Source: Gammaproteobacteria bacterium
GTDB lineage: Bacteria > Pseudomonadota > Gammaproteobacteria > SZUA-152
Length of the DNA stretch: 64,000 bases
Reading direction: 5' to 3'
NCBI GenBank assembly: GCA_021647705.1
Contig: JAKIUF010000004.1
Span: 74,878-138,877, forward strand
Part shown: one piece after another, positions 61,122 to 64,000 of the stretch
How positions within the stretch are numbered: the stretch's first letter is position 1
Layout of the letters: the number at the start of each line of letters is the position of its first letter
Program-made: the position numbers and the translations under genes
Notes under the pieces: model-generated
What the model saw: the letters and a program-made list of their open reading frames with translations, nothing else
Told to the model about the DNA's origin: nothing
The model's database searches: none

Positions 61122-62533
61122 TGGTTTTGGGCACCCAATGCCGATCCACTCAGATACTGCTGACACTGATTTTATGTCTGTTGATCGGCATTTTATGGAA
61201 ATTAATCCCACATCCGGCTGTGGCTATTGCCATCGGTTTGTTTCCTATCGCAATATTATTCACACTACACCAGCCTTTCCTGATAGTTTTATTGTTTGTA
61301 ATTTTTTCCTTCTTCCGCATTCATGAAGTCTTTCCACAACTCTACGATTTAAAAATCCCCTTATTACTCTCCATAGCCTCACTGGGTGCATTAAGCTGGC
61401 ATATCGGGCTGACACAAAAAATTAAAGCCTGGTGGTGCCCGGAACTCTCTGCCATGTCAGTGTTCTTTGGACTGGTATTGCTTGGCACTTTAATGGCCAG
61501 CAACATCCCCATCGCCATAGAGTATTTCAAAAACATCTATTGGAAAATTATCGTAATGACCTTTGCCATCGCCTGGCTTGCCTCCACCGCCCAGGATTTT
61601 TCCCTAGCCTCTAAACTCATTACATTCTCCGGCATGCTGGTCGGCTTAGTCGCCCTTTCCAACAAGATTAATGGTATCGGCCTAGTGGAAGAAACACGAG
61701 TCACCATCGGTCGAAATATTGGCTCGGTTTTGGGTGATCCTAATGATCTGGCTCTGGTATTAATGCTACCTGTTGCCTTTGCTATCAGCTTGGTCATGAC
61801 AGACAGCATGGGACGCTTCACCAAATTCTTCGGTTTGTTCAGTATGCTGGTGCTTTTTTTTGCGATAATTGCTACTCAAAGTCGAGGAGGCCTTCTCGGC
61901 ATCATGGCAATATTCGGAGTTTACGGTTATCGTCGTATTCAATCCAAAGCACTGTTTTTCAGCTTTGCAGGGATAGCCGCCATTGCGCTTTTTGTACTTG
62001 CCGACATCTCAGGCCGTGCCTCGGGTGGTGCCGCAGAAACAGGCATTGATGCCTCATCCATGGGTCGCTTGTATGCCTGGGAAGCTGCATATGGGATGGC
62101 GCTGCACAACCCCTTTAGCGGTGTCGGCATTAATAATTTTTACGCTAACTATTTTTCCTACAGCCCGCATTGGGATGGACGCAATCATGCCGTACATAGT
62201 ACCTGGTTCGGCGTACTGGCCGAAACCGGTTTTCTGGGGCTCATCGTCTTTGTCACCGCCATCGTCATGCTGGTGAAAACATCTCTTCGTTCCCTGTATC
62301 GTATCGAACAAAACCTCAACCAGGTTGATCCCGCAATACATGCCACAGCACAAGCAGTACTGGCAGGCCTGTTAGGCACAGTGGTTTCCGCCACATTCCT
62401 GACTCAGGGGTTTACCTGGCCAATCTACATTCTTGCCGCGCTGGTGATAGCTATTGCTCGATGGGTGAATTTACATCTTCCTCCAATACCGGTAACAAAA
62501 TCGCCCCCACATAATATCAATCCTAATAGGTAA
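61118..62533 (+). CDS. O-antigen ligase/Wzy-like polymerase, SypL-like
   Basis: FSFFRIHE, LGDPNDL, TQSRGG, GVG..NF, HAVHSTWF..LAE.GF.G. Confidence 0.9.
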   Translation: MMVLGTQCRSTQILLTLILCLLIGILWKLIPHPAVAIAIGLFPIAILFTLHQPFLIVLLFVIFSFFRIHEVFPQLYDLKIPLLLSIASLGALSWHIGLTQKIKAWWCPELSAMSVFFGLVLLGTLMASNIPIAIEYFKNIYWKIIVMTFAIAWLASTAQDFSLASKLITFSGMLVGLVALSNKINGIGLVEETRVTIGRNIGSVLGDPNDLALVLMLPVAFAISLVMTDSMGRFTKFFGLFSMLVLFFAIIATQSRGGLLGIMAIFGVYGYRRIQSKALFFSFAGIAAIALFVLADISGRASGGAAETGIDASSMGRLYAWEAAYGMALHNPFSGVGINNFYANYFSYSPHWDGRNHAVHSTWFGVLAETGFLGLIVFVTAIVMLVKTSLRSLYRIEQNLNQVDPAIHATAQAVLAGLLGTVVSATFLTQGFTWPIYILAALVIAIARWVNLHLPPIPVTKSPPHNINPNR

Positions 62534-62539
62534 GGAAAT

Positions 62540-63487
62540 ATGCGTACCAACAAACAACCGTACACACAACCATTATCAATTCTGATCATCGATGATTCCA
62601 GCAGTGAGCGCATACTACTGGGAACCATATTGAGAAAACAAGGGCATGCGGTAACAGAAGCCGCTATTGGTCTTCAGGCACTTACGCTTCTCTCTGATCA
62701 ATCAAAAATATTTGATCTTATTTTTCTGGATGTTCGTATGCCGGGCATAGATGGTTATGAAACCGCACGGCGTATTCGTGCCATTGAAAAAGAACAATCC
62801 GAAGAATGGTGTCCAATTATTTTTCTCAGCGGACAAACCAATCCTGAAAATATTGCTGATGGTATTGCTGCTGGCGGTGATGATTATTTGGCAAAGCCCG
62901 TCAACTCCATTGTATTAAATTCCAAAATAGCCGCTATGCAACGTATTGCTGATATGCGACAACAACTGCTCATATCCAATCAACAGCTGGAAGTGCTGGC
63001 GCATACGGACGAGCTAACACAACTGCCGAACCGTCGCCATTTCCTTGGCATACTCGATTCCGAACTGGCGCGAGCGCGACGCCACAATACGCCACTCTCA
63101 ATTGCCTATATGGACCTGGATCATTTTAAAGAAATCAACGACACACACGGCCACGAAGCTGGAGATGCTGTATTATTGTCCGTTGCCAAAGTGCTTTCCA
63201 AAAACTTGCGTATCGAAGACAGTATAGGCCGTATTGGTGGTGAAGAATTTTGCATTTGTTTACCGGGTGCAGATACAGCCCATTCTTTAGAACCCTGTGA
63301 ACGATACCGCTCACTCATTGAACGTTTAAAAATCCCAATGTCTTCTCAAGTATTAACCGTAACGGCAAGCTTCGGGCTGACCAGTATTCTCCCTGATTCA
63401 GATGATTCCACTCGCCTGCTGGCACGCGCAGACGAAGCCCTTTATCAAGCCAAACAGCATGGGCGCAATTGCATCGAAGTTATTTAA
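62540..63487 (+). CDS. REC-GGDEF diguanylate cyclase
   Basis: REC (LDVRMP), D.LT.L.NRR, DLDHFK.IND.HGH..GD, intact I-site RIED and GGEEF. Confidence 0.95.
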   Translation: MRTNKQPYTQPLSILIIDDSSSERILLGTILRKQGHAVTEAAIGLQALTLLSDQSKIFDLIFLDVRMPGIDGYETARRIRAIEKEQSEEWCPIIFLSGQTNPENIADGIAAGGDDYLAKPVNSIVLNSKIAAMQRIADMRQQLLISNQQLEVLAHTDELTQLPNRRHFLGILDSELARARRHNTPLSIAYMDLDHFKEINDTHGHEAGDAVLLSVAKVLSKNLRIEDSIGRIGGEEFCICLPGADTAHSLEPCERYRSLIERLKIPMSSQVLTVTASFGLTSILPDSDDSTRLLARADEALYQAKQHGRNCIEVI

Positions 63488-63526
63488 GGAATGATTATCA
63501 ATTAAACCCACTCTTTAAAAACTTAT

Positions 63527-63639
63527 TTGCAAAGCGCACAGCAGTTTGCAAATTATCCATTATTGCAACCCTCCCACCCCGAAAACAATCGGTAACTTAT
63601 TGTTTTTGTTGAGCTATTAAAACTGGCCCGTTCCCTGCA
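63527..63639 (+). promoter_or_regulatory. sigma54 promoter and activator site for the next transcription unit
   Basis: TTGCA-AAG-CGCAC (63527-63539); TGGCCCGTTCCCTGCA (63624-63639); IHF-like TAACTTATTGTT between them. Confidence 0.65.
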
Positions 63640-64000
63640 ATACCTTTCGTGAATAAACACAAAATATACCGACATGGATGGATTTTCCGAAGTGCGCAAT
63701 GAACCATCAACTTCACAAATCCCGTTAGCATTGGGCCATTAATATGATAAATATCAGCCTGAACAAAACCAAACAATGGCTGAAGCGTAGCGAAACTCCC
63801 TTGGCAAAAGGGTTGTTCACACAACTCAAAAAAATAGGTCGATTCGAAATACCCGCGCCTCGACTTGCTGTTACACCCTTGTATTTTATTCACTGCTCCC
63901 TACGCACGCTGATCACAACATTGACTCGAATATTATGGTGGACACCTTTATTGAAAGGACGATGTGACAGTGTTGGCCATAATTTGAATCTTTTTGGCGG

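Noticed and set aside
63597..63893. 98-aa minus-strand ORF
   Set aside because: No recognisable motifs, and it overlaps a predicted + strand sigma54 promoter.

Overview
This is a bacterial chromosomal window. The gene order and protein sequences suggest a gammaproteobacterium, probably a marine non-Vibrio lineage (inference). It has three zones. (1) 1-10.3 kb is an AT-rich accessory zone that reads as a decayed integron cassette array with no integrase in view. It has two intact attC sites plus cassette-end relics, an IS5-family pseudogene, two RAYT/Y1 transposase relics, a Phd-VapC TA pair, a frameshifted Zn-phospholipase C/P1-like gene, a cysteine hydrolase/GlxA regulator pair, a 2OG-Fe dioxygenase + ThrB-type kinase pair behind a structured leader, and an NYN protein. 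(2) 10.4-36.6 kb is GC-richer core genome (nadA, aspS, DUF502, FmdB, yrfG, kdsB-ycaR-lpxK-msbA-exbD-exbB-comEC, DUF2062, lolD-lolC/E). It contains an AT-rich islet with an ABC-ATPase + DUF4276 pair, and a rhomboid gene broken by a 10-bp duplication. Its intergenic gaps carry GTAG-type REP doublets and a modular MITE-like family whose ends (TAAATGTGAATTAAG) repeatedly coincide with gene stop codons. (3) 36.6-64 kb is a Vibrio syp-like exopolysaccharide/biofilm locus: sypABCDE-like genes, two paralogous hybrid kinases, a LuxO/SypG-type sigma54 activator, sypIJKL-like genes, an epimerase and a REC-GGDEF protein. Seven sigma54 promoters and a shared TTGCA-N3-TGCRA enhancer can be read directly from the DNA. 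No rRNA, tRNA or CRISPR array was seen. All family assignments are by motif recognition; no database searches were run.
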